A stretch of 64,000 nucleotides of DNA from Nitrosopumilaceae archaeon (GCA_965214835.1 CBDCCK010000002.1:2592001-2656000); one strand, 5' to 3'; positions 1-10,964 are shown, counted from the first letter of the stretch. Notes: generated by a model not told the origin, from the sequence alone. Numbers and translations are program-made.

Positions 1-176
1 TATACGATAGAACCAATAAAGTGTGGATTGTCTTTATTTTTTGAGGCATTTTCGATATCTCTCCATAACTGCTCACACTGTTTCTCAGTCCAGCTGTACG
101 TTCGTTGATAAATTGGAATGATAAACTGGTTAGAATCTTCTAAAAGTTTTGTTAAACGAGCCTCCTTTGCGTGCAC
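1..176 (-). CDS. DUF262 (GmrSD-type restriction endonuclease) N-terminus, runs off the window edge
   Basis: My translation of the minus strand from GTG at 176 gives MHAKEARLTKLLEDSNQFIIPIYQRTYSWTEKQCEQLWRDI...HFIGSIV. It contains the DUF262 PxYQRxYxW and HFxGSI motifs. Not in the ORF track. Confidence 0.85.
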   Translation of the reverse strand, partial: MHAKEARLTKLLEDSNQFIIPIYQRTYSWTEKQCEQLWRDIENASKNKDNPHFIGSIV

Positions 177-367
177 ATGCCTGATTTTTTGAGACCCATG
201 TTAAAACCTTGTGTCGATAGCAATGGATGAAAGTGTACCCCGCAAATCCCGCTATCTTGGATTGTGCTACCTCCCATGGTAGAAACACCGCTGTTTATAG
301 GCATCTTGGCGAAAAAATCGTATCAATTCATTCAAAACAATCAGACCTTTACAAAGGAGTTACACTT

Positions 368-640
368 TCAGCCACTGTGAGGGGGCAACCTCGTGCTGGG
401 TATGTGGTCACGTCCTCCTGCTATCCTGTCGTTTATGGAGTCAATTATGCCCAGCTTGTCATCTATCCTAAAGTTGCCCAGCCTTCTCACCCTTGAGATC
501 CACGGTGCCGAGAACGGGTTTCCTCTTACCTGTATCCTGTTTTGCAGCAGTATCGCATGTATCTGGTTCTTTAGTATGGTTCTTGACTGCACCATCTTTG
601 CGCGATGCCTAGTCAGTTGCCTGTTCTGTACCGTCTCGCT
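368..640 (-). pseudogene. IS110-family transposase internal fragment
   Basis: RQLTRHRAKMVQSRTILKNQIHAILL matches the IS110 'RxLxRxRxxLVxxRTxxKNxIHA' segment. Both ends of the gene are missing. Confidence 0.65.
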
Positions 641-706
641 GGATGTGTCTTATACAGAAATTAGATCCGCCTAAGATCAGGCGTACTTTGAAGGATTATT
701 TTAGGC

Positions 707-1120
707 TGTACCGATCAAAAAACGTGAGGAAAAAACTGGAGGAAAAGTCGCTTCGGTACATAGAAAGGTAGAGGAAAAAGGGCGTGCCTGCAAGGCAGAT
801 AGCCCGGGAGCTGGACATCAGCGACAGGTACGTCAGGAAGATATGGGCCAGGTTCCGCAGCTCCGGCACGGTCCTGCCACGGAGCGGGGCAGGAAGGCCC
901 GGCATGGATACGGATCTTGGGGATGTGAAGGCGATCCTTGATGCGTATTCCCGGATGCCGTCGGGCGTGGAGCGGCTGGCATTGCGCATGAGGGCCGCAG
1001 GCAGGCAGATAAGCTACTATACCGTATACGGGATCATGAAGGCCGAGGGAATCACGAACAGCTCGCCCGGAAGATCCAGGCAGCCCAAATGGCTGCGCTA
1101 TGAGCGCATGTATTCCAACG
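707..1120 (+). mobile_element. IS481-like element, 5' part only (HTH region), truncated by IS66
   Basis: Begins with TGT. HTH 'ARQIARELDISDRYVRKIW' and the 'RYERMYSN' motif precede the integrase core. Cut exactly at the IS66 terminal repeat (1121). In-frame TAG near the 5' end. Confidence 0.65.
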
Positions 1121-3153
1121 GTACAACTTCAGGTCCTATTTAAAGCGCCTAGGGAACTTTTTGCCCGGAACTTTTTGATCCTTCCGCATCCGTTGTGACA
1201 GACCCGTTGCACCACCACACATCCTTTGTACATGCCAGGACCGGCGCCATGCAGGCAACACATTGACGAGTGGCATCTGCAGGCAGTCAGGAGCCGTTGC
1301 ACTCGATGCCGTTGACTGGCAGATTCAGCCGGATCCTTCGATATGAGGCTACGGGTTACGCCGTCCCGTAGGCGCCAGACGGATCATGATATCATCGGGG
1401 CTACGGGTACGACGGCCGTCTGGTTCCGGCGTACCGCCCCCTTGCCTGCACCCGGCCACACCGGCGGCGGCCCGGGACACTCAAAGACGCTGTATCTTGT
1501 ACCGTCCGGATCTACAAGCGAGGACAGGCGTGGTGCGTCATCCTTGGCCCTGGCAAAGATGTCCCACTCCGGATCCCGCAGGTACTCCAGGAGCGCCCTG
1601 GCAGGATGTATGCCCTGCTTGCGGCACGTCATCGAAAACGTCGACATCACGGAAAATGTCTCCCTTCCCCCGTCGGTCACGATCTTGTGGCGCGCATTGC
1701 GCTGTGGTATGATCCCGTCGCGTATGCACCGCTCGGTGTCGTTGTTGTGCGGCGGCATTCCCGGATGCGCCGCAGACGTAAGCATGTACGGTATGGCGTT
1801 TAGCAGGTGCGTGCGCACGCGCTTGTCCACGTATGTGCTGATTATTTCGTAGGCCTGCCTGGAAAGCTCCATGCATGTAAACGGTGCAAGCGTCCTGATT
1901 TCTTTTATCGTCCTGTAAAGTTCAAGCAGCAAATTATACCGTACCTCATCATCCCCGCCCATCCTGACTGCAAGCTGCTCGGCATATGCCAGAAGGTGCC
2001 TCCAGCACCTCTGGATTATTGTAAAGAACCGCCTGTACTGGGCCAGCCCGTCGACGACTATTGGAACCCTGGGATCCAGCCATCCAAAGTATGTATGCAG
2101 GACATCGGAGGACCGGGACGGTGCAAAGACTACAAAGCACGCCCCCGTACAGTTGAGCACCCAGACGTACCCCGTGTGCCCGTCGCCGCGCTTAAAGCCG
2201 GTCTCGTCCATCTGTATCCACGGCCGGGCAGCAATGAACGACTGTATGCGCTGTATCATGTTTTGCTGGAGCGCATTTGCCATTGCGCGCCGCGCACCTG
2301 TCACGGTATTTGGGGCCATCCTGAACCCGAACAGGACCCGAAAGTACTCTGCAATGTCCTCGTCGGTGTTTCCCTTCTCGGAGAACGTCGTGATTATGGA
2401 AAGCGAGAAGGGCCCGAGCGACGTTCCGCCCAGGAACGGGGTGGCCGCAACTACCTCGCCGTTGCATTTGGGACACACGGCATTCTGGATGATGGCATTG
2501 GCAGCACGCATGCGCATGGAGTCGTCCAGGTCGTTTACAAGCTTGTTGAGCGGCTTGAGCATCCTCAGCTGGACGTCGCACTTTGGGCACGCCTTGGAGT
2601 CAAGATCGTACCTCAATGTCCTAGACGGCCGGTTGCGGTGCGATACGCCCCGGTGTCCGCACGGGGGGCCGCGCTTTTTGCCCCTGGCCGTGTCACCCGG
2701 ACTGCCCCCCGGATCCTCGCCCCTTCGCTCCCTGAACTTCTTTCTGGCGTCATTATATAATGACGGCGTGGATGTGGGCATGTTGGGACTCTCGTACAGG
2801 GCAAGCCTTGCCTGAAGCTTGGTGTTCTCCTTTTTGATGTCGGAGAGTTCCTTTTCCAGCTTGGAGATCTTCTCATCCCGCTCCATGATCATGACAAGTG
2901 CCTTTCCAGGATCCGTACAGCGTGCAGGCGCGGCTTTGGAGTCCATGTGTACACCAAGCAGGCAAGATCAAAAAAGATTCCCGTTGAAATTCTTTGACCC
3001 GGATACTAATACTGGCACCCTTTCAGAAATTTCATGCCTGCGATGTCTGGTCACAGATGTTTTATGCCCAGCCATGACTGCAAGGACATCTGATCATAAG
3101 ATGCTGCCCAGGAAATGCCTGCCTGTCAGTATAAAAAGGACCTGAAGTTGTAC
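1121..3153 (-). mobile_element. IS66-family element (single ORF), copy 1
   Basis: Perfect 16-bp TIR GTACAACTTCAGGTCC at 1121 and 3138-3153. Near-identical to 6223-8276 in inverted orientation. No TSD. Confidence 0.92.
1384..2946 (-). CDS. IS66-family transposase
   Basis: Coiled coil, two CxxC motifs, QMDETG, VVDG, QRCWRHL and NNDTERCIR (IS66 DDE signature). Confidence 0.92.
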   Translation of the reverse strand: MDSKAAPARCTDPGKALVMIMERDEKISKLEKELSDIKKENTKLQARLALYESPNMPTSTPSLYNDARKKFRERRGEDPGGSPGDTARGKKRGPPCGHRGVSHRNRPSRTLRYDLDSKACPKCDVQLRMLKPLNKLVNDLDDSMRMRAANAIIQNAVCPKCNGEVVAATPFLGGTSLGPFSLSIITTFSEKGNTDEDIAEYFRVLFGFRMAPNTVTGARRAMANALQQNMIQRIQSFIAARPWIQMDETGFKRGDGHTGYVWVLNCTGACFVVFAPSRSSDVLHTYFGWLDPRVPIVVDGLAQYRRFFTIIQRCWRHLLAYAEQLAVRMGGDDEVRYNLLLELYRTIKEIRTLAPFTCMELSRQAYEIISTYVDKRVRTHLLNAIPYMLTSAAHPGMPPHNNDTERCIRDGIIPQRNARHKIVTDGGRETFSVMSTFSMTCRKQGIHPARALLEYLRDPEWDIFARAKDDAPRLSSLVDPDGTRYSVFECPGPPPVWPGAGKGAVRRNQTAVVPVAPMIS

Positions 3154-3592
3154 GCCTCATCAAATTCTATGTCTCCAGACAGCATTTTCATCTCTCCAAT
3201 TGCGGCCTCGTATATGGCATCGCGAAACACCATGAACGCATGTTCTATGGACCTAAGACTGACGTTTATGCTAAATCGCAACCTGTATGCCGGAACTCCT
3301 ACCGAAAACAGATACAGCAAAAGGATTACCGTGTTGGGTGGAAGCCTGATCCTTGCCAAATATGTGCCAGTAAACTCGTCGAACCTATACCAACATCTTT
3401 TACACCGGAATCGATCTCCTGTGCGATAGACCTTCCTGCACCGCATTTGGAACATGTCCTCCTTCCATTCCATCTGGCGTGTCGAAAATAGACCCTACTT
3501 TTTGACACGCTATTGGCCAGTTTTATTGGATCTGCGCTAGGCACGACTTGGGCACGAATGCTGGTCATATTATCTGTTTTTTGCTCGGCCAA
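3154..3592 (-). pseudogene. IS1595-family transposase, frameshifted and truncated by IS66
   Basis: Zn ribbon (CSKCG...RCKRC) split over two frames, then an HTH. It ends at 'LSGDIEFDEA' (first catalytic motif), exactly at the IS66 TIR. Confidence 0.8.
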
Positions 3593-3773
3593 CTGACTAC
3601 ATATTACCTTATTTTTTTTGTCAATATTCTAATTCCAACACCTTTGAAACATGTCACTGCAGTAAAACAATGTACATGAAACCTACAAAACCAAGAAAAA
3701 ATCGGATCGTTGATAAGTTAAGGATGGTAAACGGGTAAAGAAATATTTACTAAAAACTTGACGGTTTCATCAA

Positions 3774-4595
3774 ATGGCAGAAATTGTTTGCTCCTTTCAG
3801 GAATTTATAGATTTTATTGGTCCTAGAATAAGAAACAACATAGCAAACATGACTAGACCTTTTAAAAGAAACTTAGGATCAAAATGTCAGAAATGCGGAG
3901 AAAAGAAAAAAGAATTGGATGCAGCCCACAAACATGGTAATTCCAGACGAGAAATTATTGCAAGAGTACTAAACAACTATGAGACCACGAATGATGGGGT
4001 GTATAAGATAGACGATATTGCTCGAGTACTTGCTGAAATAAATAATGCTCATATCCCAATAGAGGATTGCTTCCTATTTTTGTGCAGGCCGTGTCACAGG
4101 GAATATGAATCAGAAACAAAATATTCGGACAGTTCAGAGATTCAAGAAGATGCTGTTAGTGCAAATTATAAACCACGAAAAATAGAAAATCAGCGAGTTC
4201 AAATAAAAGACCGTGACCGTCTTTGTAAAAAAATAAAACAGAGCTGGAAATATAAGATCGGTTGGACGTCACCCAAAAACAGAAAGAACATAGAAGAATT
4301 AATCTCAAAGATAGAAGAAAACTTTGATTGTCACACAGTCGCTAGCAAATCTTGGCATTATCATAATCGAAATGACAATGGCCGTCAGTTTTCAGGAATA
4401 ATATGTCATAAAGACAGATCACTGATTTGTTTCAGGGTGGAGCCTTTCTCCTTTACCACTAAGGACTCAAGAATCATTCATGGAAAGAGATGGTTTTTCC
4501 CAGAAGGCAAAGAGAAGCGAATCGATATTGTTCCAGAAAATTATAATTTGATAATTGATTGTCTGAGTCACGCGTACAAAGCATCAGGGCACTAA
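3774..4595 (+). CDS. Putative HNH-like Zn-binding nuclease with a separate C-terminal domain
   Basis: AT-rich 273-aa ORF with CQKC...LDAAH...FLCRPCH, typical of HNH endonuclease folds. Confidence 0.55.
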   Translation: MAEIVCSFQEFIDFIGPRIRNNIANMTRPFKRNLGSKCQKCGEKKKELDAAHKHGNSRREIIARVLNNYETTNDGVYKIDDIARVLAEINNAHIPIEDCFLFLCRPCHREYESETKYSDSSEIQEDAVSANYKPRKIENQRVQIKDRDRLCKKIKQSWKYKIGWTSPKNRKNIEELISKIEENFDCHTVASKSWHYHNRNDNGRQFSGIICHKDRSLICFRVEPFSFTTKDSRIIHGKRWFFPEGKEKRIDIVPENYNLIIDCLSHAYKASGH

Positions 4596-4899
4596 TACTA
4601 AAGTCAAAAACCAACCCACAGTGGCAGGTAGAACCAATCTCCAACAAAAGGCACTTTATGGGCCTCCCGCAGGTGCCCTTTTCCCGTCCCGGGCAGGAAC
4701 CTGCTGCCAGCAGGAATCATAGCATCTTGTTTCATGCATTGTTGTGCATGTCCCGTGATCTAGATCCTTTGATCAAAAATTGTTGTCGCAATTGCGATCG
4801 GTTTTTGATCACGAATATCACGCCCGTGATCTGTAATCTTGGCGGGGGTCATTTTACGGAAAATGATTTGGACAGCCCCTACAACATACGAGGAATGCA

Positions 4900-5019
4900 C
4901 AGTCTTCCCAGAAGTACGTGATTCATGACTGTGTGAATGGCGATGGGTGAATCTGCAGGTATCATAATTTGATTTGTTTCAAATCCGGGACGTTTTCCGG
5001 GTTACTTCTGGGAAGACTA
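4900..5019. mobile_element. MITE family F (TIR CAGTCTTCCCAGAAG), diverged copy
   Basis: cagtcttcccagaagta ... tacttctgggaagacta, about 120 bp like the other copies. Confidence 0.65.
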
Positions 5020-5205
5020 GAACCGAATCATCCTTTCATACGCTTTAACTCACTTCCCGATATCCCCTTTCTTGATTTTTAGCAGGCCGTCAAGTCCGTA
5101 TCGTTCTACTGCAAACGATCCAATCACGTTTCCGTAAACTAGTTTGTTGCAACAAACTACAAATACGCATAAGTCTATACATGACAAGCAGCAGTGATTG
5201 TCCCG

Positions 5206-5591
5206 TCAGTCCCATTCACTCCATGATTTTTTTATGAATCGGTTGCTGCTTTTTGGAAGAGCGTATATTCTTGTCGCGTTGGATTTTGCATATCTTTTCG
5301 ACTTTTTGAGCCGCCTTGCTCCGAGTATTCTTTTCCACGGTTCAAGCGCGCCGCTCATGTCTCTCTCCACTTTGTCTATCGCGTCAGGATCCTCACTGTA
5401 CGACAGAATATTCTTGATTTTTCTCGGATCGATGCCAATCTTTTTGGACTCGCTTTTCATGTATGTGGCCATCTGCCCGCGCAGGATTCTGAGCCTTGTT
5501 TCCTTGTCACCCATGCCTTCCATCCCGTACTTGACTCTGTTCATCGCAGATAATATATCGCTCCTGGCAGCTTTGATAACGCTGGCGATTC
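5206..5591 (-). pseudogene. 3' remnant of an unknown gene cut off by the ISH3 right end
   Basis: Coding-like open frame that starts at the ISH3 terminal repeat. The 5' part is absent. Confidence 0.45.
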
Positions 5592-6222
5592 CAGTAGACG
5601 GAAATGTAACCCCCAAAAGCCACCGCGGCCCTACGGCGGCGGGCCGGCAAACCCGTACTCTGCAAGATTCCTTCTGGCAGCCATGAGAAGCCCGCATACT
5701 ACCAGTAACAATGTAAAGTCCCTTCTCTCACACCATATGTCGTCCCTGTTGCGCTCGACGGCCCACATGTTGTACACAAAGACAGACACAAAGAATGCAA
5801 GCAGCCTGATGTCCTGGTTCCTGCTTATGGTCTTGGCCCGTATCTGTTCTATCTGCCTGTATCCTGTCTCTATCCCCCACCTCTTCCGATAGTCCGGTGA
5901 GGCAGTATCAATCTCGTGCAGTGCGTTGGAGAACGGGAGGTTGGTGGCAAATGCCACGTACTGTTCCACTACGGTCTTGCCCTCCTGCCCGTGCATGGCA
6001 GATGGCACAATAACCAGGTTAAATGATGCGGTCTTGCCTTTGCTGTTTGTAATGGTAAAGCCCGACACGCAGCTTCCATCGGTCTTGCCTGCTGCGTGTG
6101 CCGTCTCTATCGCATTCTTTACGGTGGCATTCTTGACTGCAGGCATCAGGAATTTTTTTCCTGCGCGATACATCTCTTTCATTATGTCGACTGAGTAGAA
6201 CTCCCGGTCCAGCAGAAAAAGT
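5592..6222 (-). mobile_element. ISH3-family element, 3' half (truncated by IS66)
   Basis: LLDREFYS...FATN...YRKRWGIETGYR DDE motifs. TIR CAGTAGACGGAAATGTAA at 5592. Confidence 0.85.
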
Positions 6223-8276
6223 GTACAACTTCAGGTCCTTTTTATACTGACAGGCAGGCATTTCCTGGGCAGCATCTTATGATCAGATGTCCTTGCAGTC
6301 ATGGCTGGGCATAAAACACCTGTGACCAGACATCGCAGGCATAAAATTTCTGAAAGAGTGCCAGTATTAGTATCCGGGTCAAAGAATTTCAACGGGAATC
6401 TTTTTTGATCTTGCCTGTTTGGTGTACACATGGACTCCAAAGCCGCGCCTGCACGCTGTACGGATCCTGGAAAGGCACTTGTCATGATCATGGAGCGGGA
6501 TGAGAAGATCTCCAAGCTGGAAAAGGAACTCTCCGACATCAAAAAGGAGAACTCCGACACCAAAAAGGAGAACACCAAGCTTCAGGCAAGGCTTGCCCTG
6601 TACGAGAGTCCCAACATGCCCACATCCACGCCGTCATTATATAATGACGCCAGAAAGAAGTTCAGGGAGCGAAGGGGCGAGGATCCCGGCGGCAGTCCGG
6701 GTGACACGGCCAGGGGCAAAAAGCGCGGCCCCCCGTGCGGACACCGGGGCGTATCGCACTGCAACCGGCCGTCTAGGACATTGAGGTACGATCTTGACTC
6801 CAAGGCGTGCCCAAAGTGCGACGTCCAGCTGAGGATGCTCAAGCCGCTCAACAAGCTTGTAAACGACCTGGACGACTCCATGCGCATGCGTGCTGCCAAT
6901 GCCATCATCCAGAATGCCGTGTGTCCCAAATGCAACGGCGAGGTAGTTGCGGCCACCCCGTTCCTGGGCGGAACGTCGCTCGGGCCCTTCTCGCTTTCCA
7001 TAATCACGACGTTCTCCGAGAAGGGAAACACCGACGAGGACATTGCAGAGTACTTTCGGGTCCTGTTCGGGTTCAGGATGGCCCCAAATACCGTGACAGG
7101 TGCGCGGCGCGCAATGGCAAATGCGCTCCAGCAAAACATGATACAGCGCATACAGTCGTTCATTGCGGGCAGGCCGTGGATACAGATGGACGAGACCGGC
7201 TTTAAGCGCGGCGACGGGCACACGGGGTACGTCTGGGTGCTCAACTGTACGGGGGCGTGCTTTGTAGTCTTTGCACCGTCCCGGTCCTCCGATGTCCTGC
7301 ATACATACTTTGGATGGCTGGATCCCAGGGTTCCAATAGTCGTCGACGGGCTGGCCCAGTACAAGGTGTACTTTGAGATAATCCAGAGGTGCTGGAGGCA
7401 CCTTCTGGCATATGCCGAGCAGCTTGCAGTCAGGATGGGCGGGGATGATGAGGTACGGTATAATTTGCTGCTTGAACTTTACAGGACGATAAAAGAAATC
7501 AGGACGCTTGCACCGTTTACATGCATGGAGCTTTCCAGGCAGGCCTACGAAATAATCAGCACATACGTGGACAAGCGCGTGCGCACGCACCTGCTAAACG
7601 CCATACCGTACATGCTTACGTCTGCGGCGCATCCGGGAATGCCGCCGCACAACAACGACACCGAGCGGTGCATACGCGACGGGATCATACCACAGCGCAA
7701 TGCGCGCCACAAGATCGTGACCGACGGGGGAAGGGAGACATTTTCCGTGATGTCGACGTTTTCGATGACGTGCCGCAAGCAGGGCATACATCCTGCCAGG
7801 GCGCTCCTGGAGTACCTGCGGGATCCGGAGTGGGACATCTTTGCCAGGGCCAAGGATGACGCACCACGCCTGTCCTCGCTTGTAGATCCGGACGGTACAA
7901 GATACAGCGTCTTTGAGTGTCCCGGGCCGCCGCCGGTGTGGCCGGGTGCAGGCAAGGGGGCGGTACGCCGGAACCAGACGGCCGTCGTACCCGTAGCCCC
8001 GATGATATCATGATCCGTCTGGCGCCTACGGGACGGCGTAACCCGTAGCCTCATATCGAAGGATCCGGCTGAATCTGCCAGTCAACGGCATCGAGTGCAA
8101 CGGCTCCTGACTGCCTGCAGATGCCACTCGTCAATGTGTTGCCTGCATGGCGCCGGTCCTGGCATGTACAAAGGATGTGTGGTGATGCAACGGGTCTGTC
8201 ACAACGGATGCGGAAGGATCAAAAAGTTCCGGGCAAAAAGTTCCCTAGGCGCTTTAAATAGGACCTGAAGTTGTAC
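6223..8276 (+). mobile_element. IS66-family element, copy 2
   Basis: Same 16-bp TIRs at 6223 and 8261-8276. Carries a 21-bp in-frame duplication relative to copy 1. No TSD. Confidence 0.92.
6430..8013 (+). CDS. IS66-family transposase
   Basis: Same motifs as copy 1; 527 aa. Confidence 0.92.
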   Translation: MDSKAAPARCTDPGKALVMIMERDEKISKLEKELSDIKKENSDTKKENTKLQARLALYESPNMPTSTPSLYNDARKKFRERRGEDPGGSPGDTARGKKRGPPCGHRGVSHCNRPSRTLRYDLDSKACPKCDVQLRMLKPLNKLVNDLDDSMRMRAANAIIQNAVCPKCNGEVVAATPFLGGTSLGPFSLSIITTFSEKGNTDEDIAEYFRVLFGFRMAPNTVTGARRAMANALQQNMIQRIQSFIAGRPWIQMDETGFKRGDGHTGYVWVLNCTGACFVVFAPSRSSDVLHTYFGWLDPRVPIVVDGLAQYKVYFEIIQRCWRHLLAYAEQLAVRMGGDDEVRYNLLLELYRTIKEIRTLAPFTCMELSRQAYEIISTYVDKRVRTHLLNAIPYMLTSAAHPGMPPHNNDTERCIRDGIIPQRNARHKIVTDGGRETFSVMSTFSMTCRKQGIHPARALLEYLRDPEWDIFARAKDDAPRLSSLVDPDGTRYSVFECPGPPPVWPGAGKGAVRRNQTAVVPVAPMIS

Positions 8277-8486
8277 GTTTTGCGCAGCTTAGCAGGCTCT
8301 AAAAGCCGTCTCTGATTTCAGGCACGAATTCTATTTGATTGGCATCACCAGTAGTAAAATCCATGCCTGAACTTCGAGCCCGGGCTGTTATCTTTGAGCC
8401 GGCTCCTGTATCCATAGCCTGTCATCTTGAACTTCTTGACCATGAGAGTCGATCCAAAGTTTGCTAATTTTGAGTCGCCTCACTGC

Positions 8487-9346
8487 TCAGGCAGATGCGC
8501 GATCTTCTGCGGGAGCTCCTTCCCGGGAGGTGACCGCCTGCGTGTCCTGCAGCCGGCCCCTCTTGGAGAGGAAGGCACGCACGTCACACGGATACGTGAC
8601 CCGTAGCCTTCCACGCGTTATGATCCCCATGTACTCGTCAAGCGTGACATGATCCCCGTCGTTTGATATGAAGAGTACGTTGTGGTCTCCTGCAAGCGTT
8701 GCGGCCTGGGCAAGCAGCAGGGCGTCTCCCCCCCCCCCTGCCGGCCTCCCTGCACAGACCGTCCAGGATCCCCCTCCTTTCATCCCGCATCATGCGCCTT
8801 ATGCCGCGTTCGCCGTACTTGTGGCCGTACTTCCTGTGGATCCAGTCGATGGCCTCGTTGGTATCCGGATGGTTCCGCATCCACAGCTGCCTTCCGGTGA
8901 TGTTTTCCAGCATCTCCCTGTGACTGCCTATCCTGTTCGTATAGTCCTCAAAGCCCTCTGCCTCGATCCTCTCTCTTATCTCGTTCATCCTGTCCGTTCC
9001 CGCGCCGTCAAACACCACTCCCCTCTTCCTGTTGGACTGCCCGTCCTCCGACCATGTGACGTGCTTTTCCAGCTGGCTTGCGCTGGTCTTGAAGAGGATC
9101 TTCGTATGAGGTCACGTCCCCTTGCCAGCTAGGCACGAAAATCATAATTGTACATGCCAATTCGTGCCTGATTGCCAGGGTAGGTGACCACATACGGATC
9201 TTCTTCTCGTTCCTCAGCACCGACCCTAGGCCCTGCACCAGGGCTGCCTCCTCCGCCTCCCTCCGGCTCCGCAGGTTCTACCTGCCGAGATAATAAAGCA
9301 GCGTGCTAGTGTCAAAGGATACCAGCAGCTCCGACCTTACAGCCAT
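8487..9346 (-). pseudogene. PIN-domain protein pseudogene
   Basis: N-terminal 'VSFDTSTLL' and C-terminal 'DALLLAQA...FISNDGDH' PIN acidic motifs. Broken by TAG (9278-9280), a MITE (9104-9195) and a frameshift in a G11 run (8728-8738). Paralogous in layout to 47224-47892. Confidence 0.7.
9104..9195. mobile_element. MITE family A (IS66-type, TIR GTAYGWGGTCAC)
   Basis: 92 bp with an exact 8-bp TSD GGATCTTC. Confidence 0.92.
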
Positions 9347-9699
9347 GCGACACCAGCACCGGTCATCGTCTGGTATGGCAGAGGATGCGGTAAAAACATT
9401 GCGAGGGTCATGGTATGGGTCAGCCCGCCGGACTCTTCGGCCGCGGCTGCCCGGATGCATTGCATGCGGGATTGCGAGGCGCCGCTACTTCAGATTCCTC
9501 ATAAAAAATCAATTAGGCAGGGCCAACATATTGCCACGCCGACTTTGCATGAACCCATGTGGATTCTCAGGGATTCGCACATCATGAGCCGCCTTTTTCT
9601 GCCGAATCGCCACGGCGCCGCACTTCCGGATCTCACAATACAGGCAGCGCTCTCTCAAGCACTGTGTTGATTCGCGCCGCGTCCTTTGCATCAAGGAGA

Positions 9700-10230
9700 T
9701 CAAGCCGCCGCCTGACCCCTGCAGGCATGCCACGAACCGACGGAGCCGCGACTCTGCAGGTTCCGGGCCTGCCAGCGCGGATGCCTCCCGCGCATCCTGG
9801 CGCCTACCGCACTGACCTGCCCGGATGCAAGCTCCGACATCAGCACGGCCCCGAGGACCTTCAGATCGTCGACGGAGCCGCCGGTGATCCAGCACAGGTT
9901 GTGGTGCGGACAATACGTGCCAGTATCCATTGCTGTCGCCCCGTTCCTGCTCAGATCGGCAGGCAGCAGCTTGGGCCTGCAGGCAAGGCCGGGGCGTATC
10001 CCGTCAATCATTCTGTGCCATTTTGACGGGTTTCTCTTGACGGCGTACCTCCCCCCGAGCGCCCCCTTGCGGGAGCGCAGATACGCCTCCGTTCACGGGT
10101 ATCGATCCAGCCTTACCACGGTGCCGTCATCATCAAACGGGTTGAGCATGTGGCTGCCCGACCGGCGGATTCTTCCGTCGCGGATGTCGCCTGAATGGAC
10201 TATAGACACAAGGCGGTCTTCCTCCACCGT
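9700..10230 (-). pseudogene. C-terminal remnant of a TaqI/Eco57I-class adenine MTase (M.PaeR7I/M.XhoI-like)
   Basis: My translation gives ..MLNPFDDDGTVVRLDRYP*..KWHRMIDGIRP..PKLLPADL..YCPHHNLCWI..MRGRHPRWQARNL. This follows the NPF/WYRTIDRI/PKLL/PHHNL/MRGG..FQAQ pattern. It has an internal stop and no catalytic domain. Confidence 0.7.
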
Positions 10231-10292
10231 GGGGCGTGACCCCACATGTGCATCACAAGCGTTAAAAATCCGGGCCTCCCAGCCATATCAAC

Positions 10293-10964
10293 ATGGAGCG
10301 CGCCAAGATCTTTTTGAGTCATGCAGCAGAGGACCGGATTACTGCCAGGCGCCTGGTAGAGGGGCTGGCAGAGCATGGCTTTGACGTGTTTAGAGTAGAT
10401 GATGATTTGGTGCTCAAGAAGGACGGGGAGAATACGGTAAAGGATCTAATCGAAAAGTGCATCCTGTTCGTGGCGCTGCTGTCTGAGAACTTTAAAAACT
10501 CGGACTTTACGGATCACGAGGTCGGAATCGCCATAGCGTGCAACAAGAAGATATTTCCAGTCAGCCTTGATCATGTCACGCCCTATGGCTTTATGTTCGG
10601 GCTTGGGGACTCTCAGAAAATTGATCCGAAGATTGATCCGGATGAGATGTCGGTGCTTGCGCGGGCCATGAGATCGCTTCTTGACAAGGATCGAAAAGCG
10701 ATCGACAGGCTGATAGAGGTGATGCGCTGCGCCGACTCGGTTGAAGATGCCGGCATGGCAGCCTATGTGCTGTTTGAACACACCGCATTCTCCCCAAAGC
10801 AGATCAATGGCGTCGCCGTTGCGTTTCTTGAGAACGACAACATCAGTGACAGCTGGATGGCAGAACCCATCTGCCTGGCCTTTCTCAATAGCAATTGGGA
10901 TTTGATAGACCCCCGATACCGGGACGAGCTGAGCCAGATGCACCCCGATCTGGGCCACTCCTAA
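10293..10964 (+). CDS. TIR-domain protein (TIR_2) with helical C-terminal domain
   Basis: IFLSHAAED...FVALLSENFKNSDFTDHEVGIA...IFPV. The catalytic-position Glu is retained. Confidence 0.88.
   Translation: MERAKIFLSHAAEDRITARRLVEGLAEHGFDVFRVDDDLVLKKDGENTVKDLIEKCILFVALLSENFKNSDFTDHEVGIAIACNKKIFPVSLDHVTPYGFMFGLGDSQKIDPKIDPDEMSVLARAMRSLLDKDRKAIDRLIEVMRCADSVEDAGMAAYVLFEHTAFSPKQINGVAVAFLENDNISDSWMAEPICLAFLNSNWDLIDPRYRDELSQMHPDLGHS

Noticed and set aside
1343-8054. Many overlapping 100-317 aa ORFs inside the IS66 copies, and similar antisense ORFs over SNF2, TIGR00266 and IS630
   Set aside because: Shadow ORFs from GC-rich codon bias on the opposite strand or frame, with no motifs.
1121-8276. Freshly inserted composite transposon
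   Set aside because: The outer flanks share no TSD and the interrupted IS481 does not resume after 8276.
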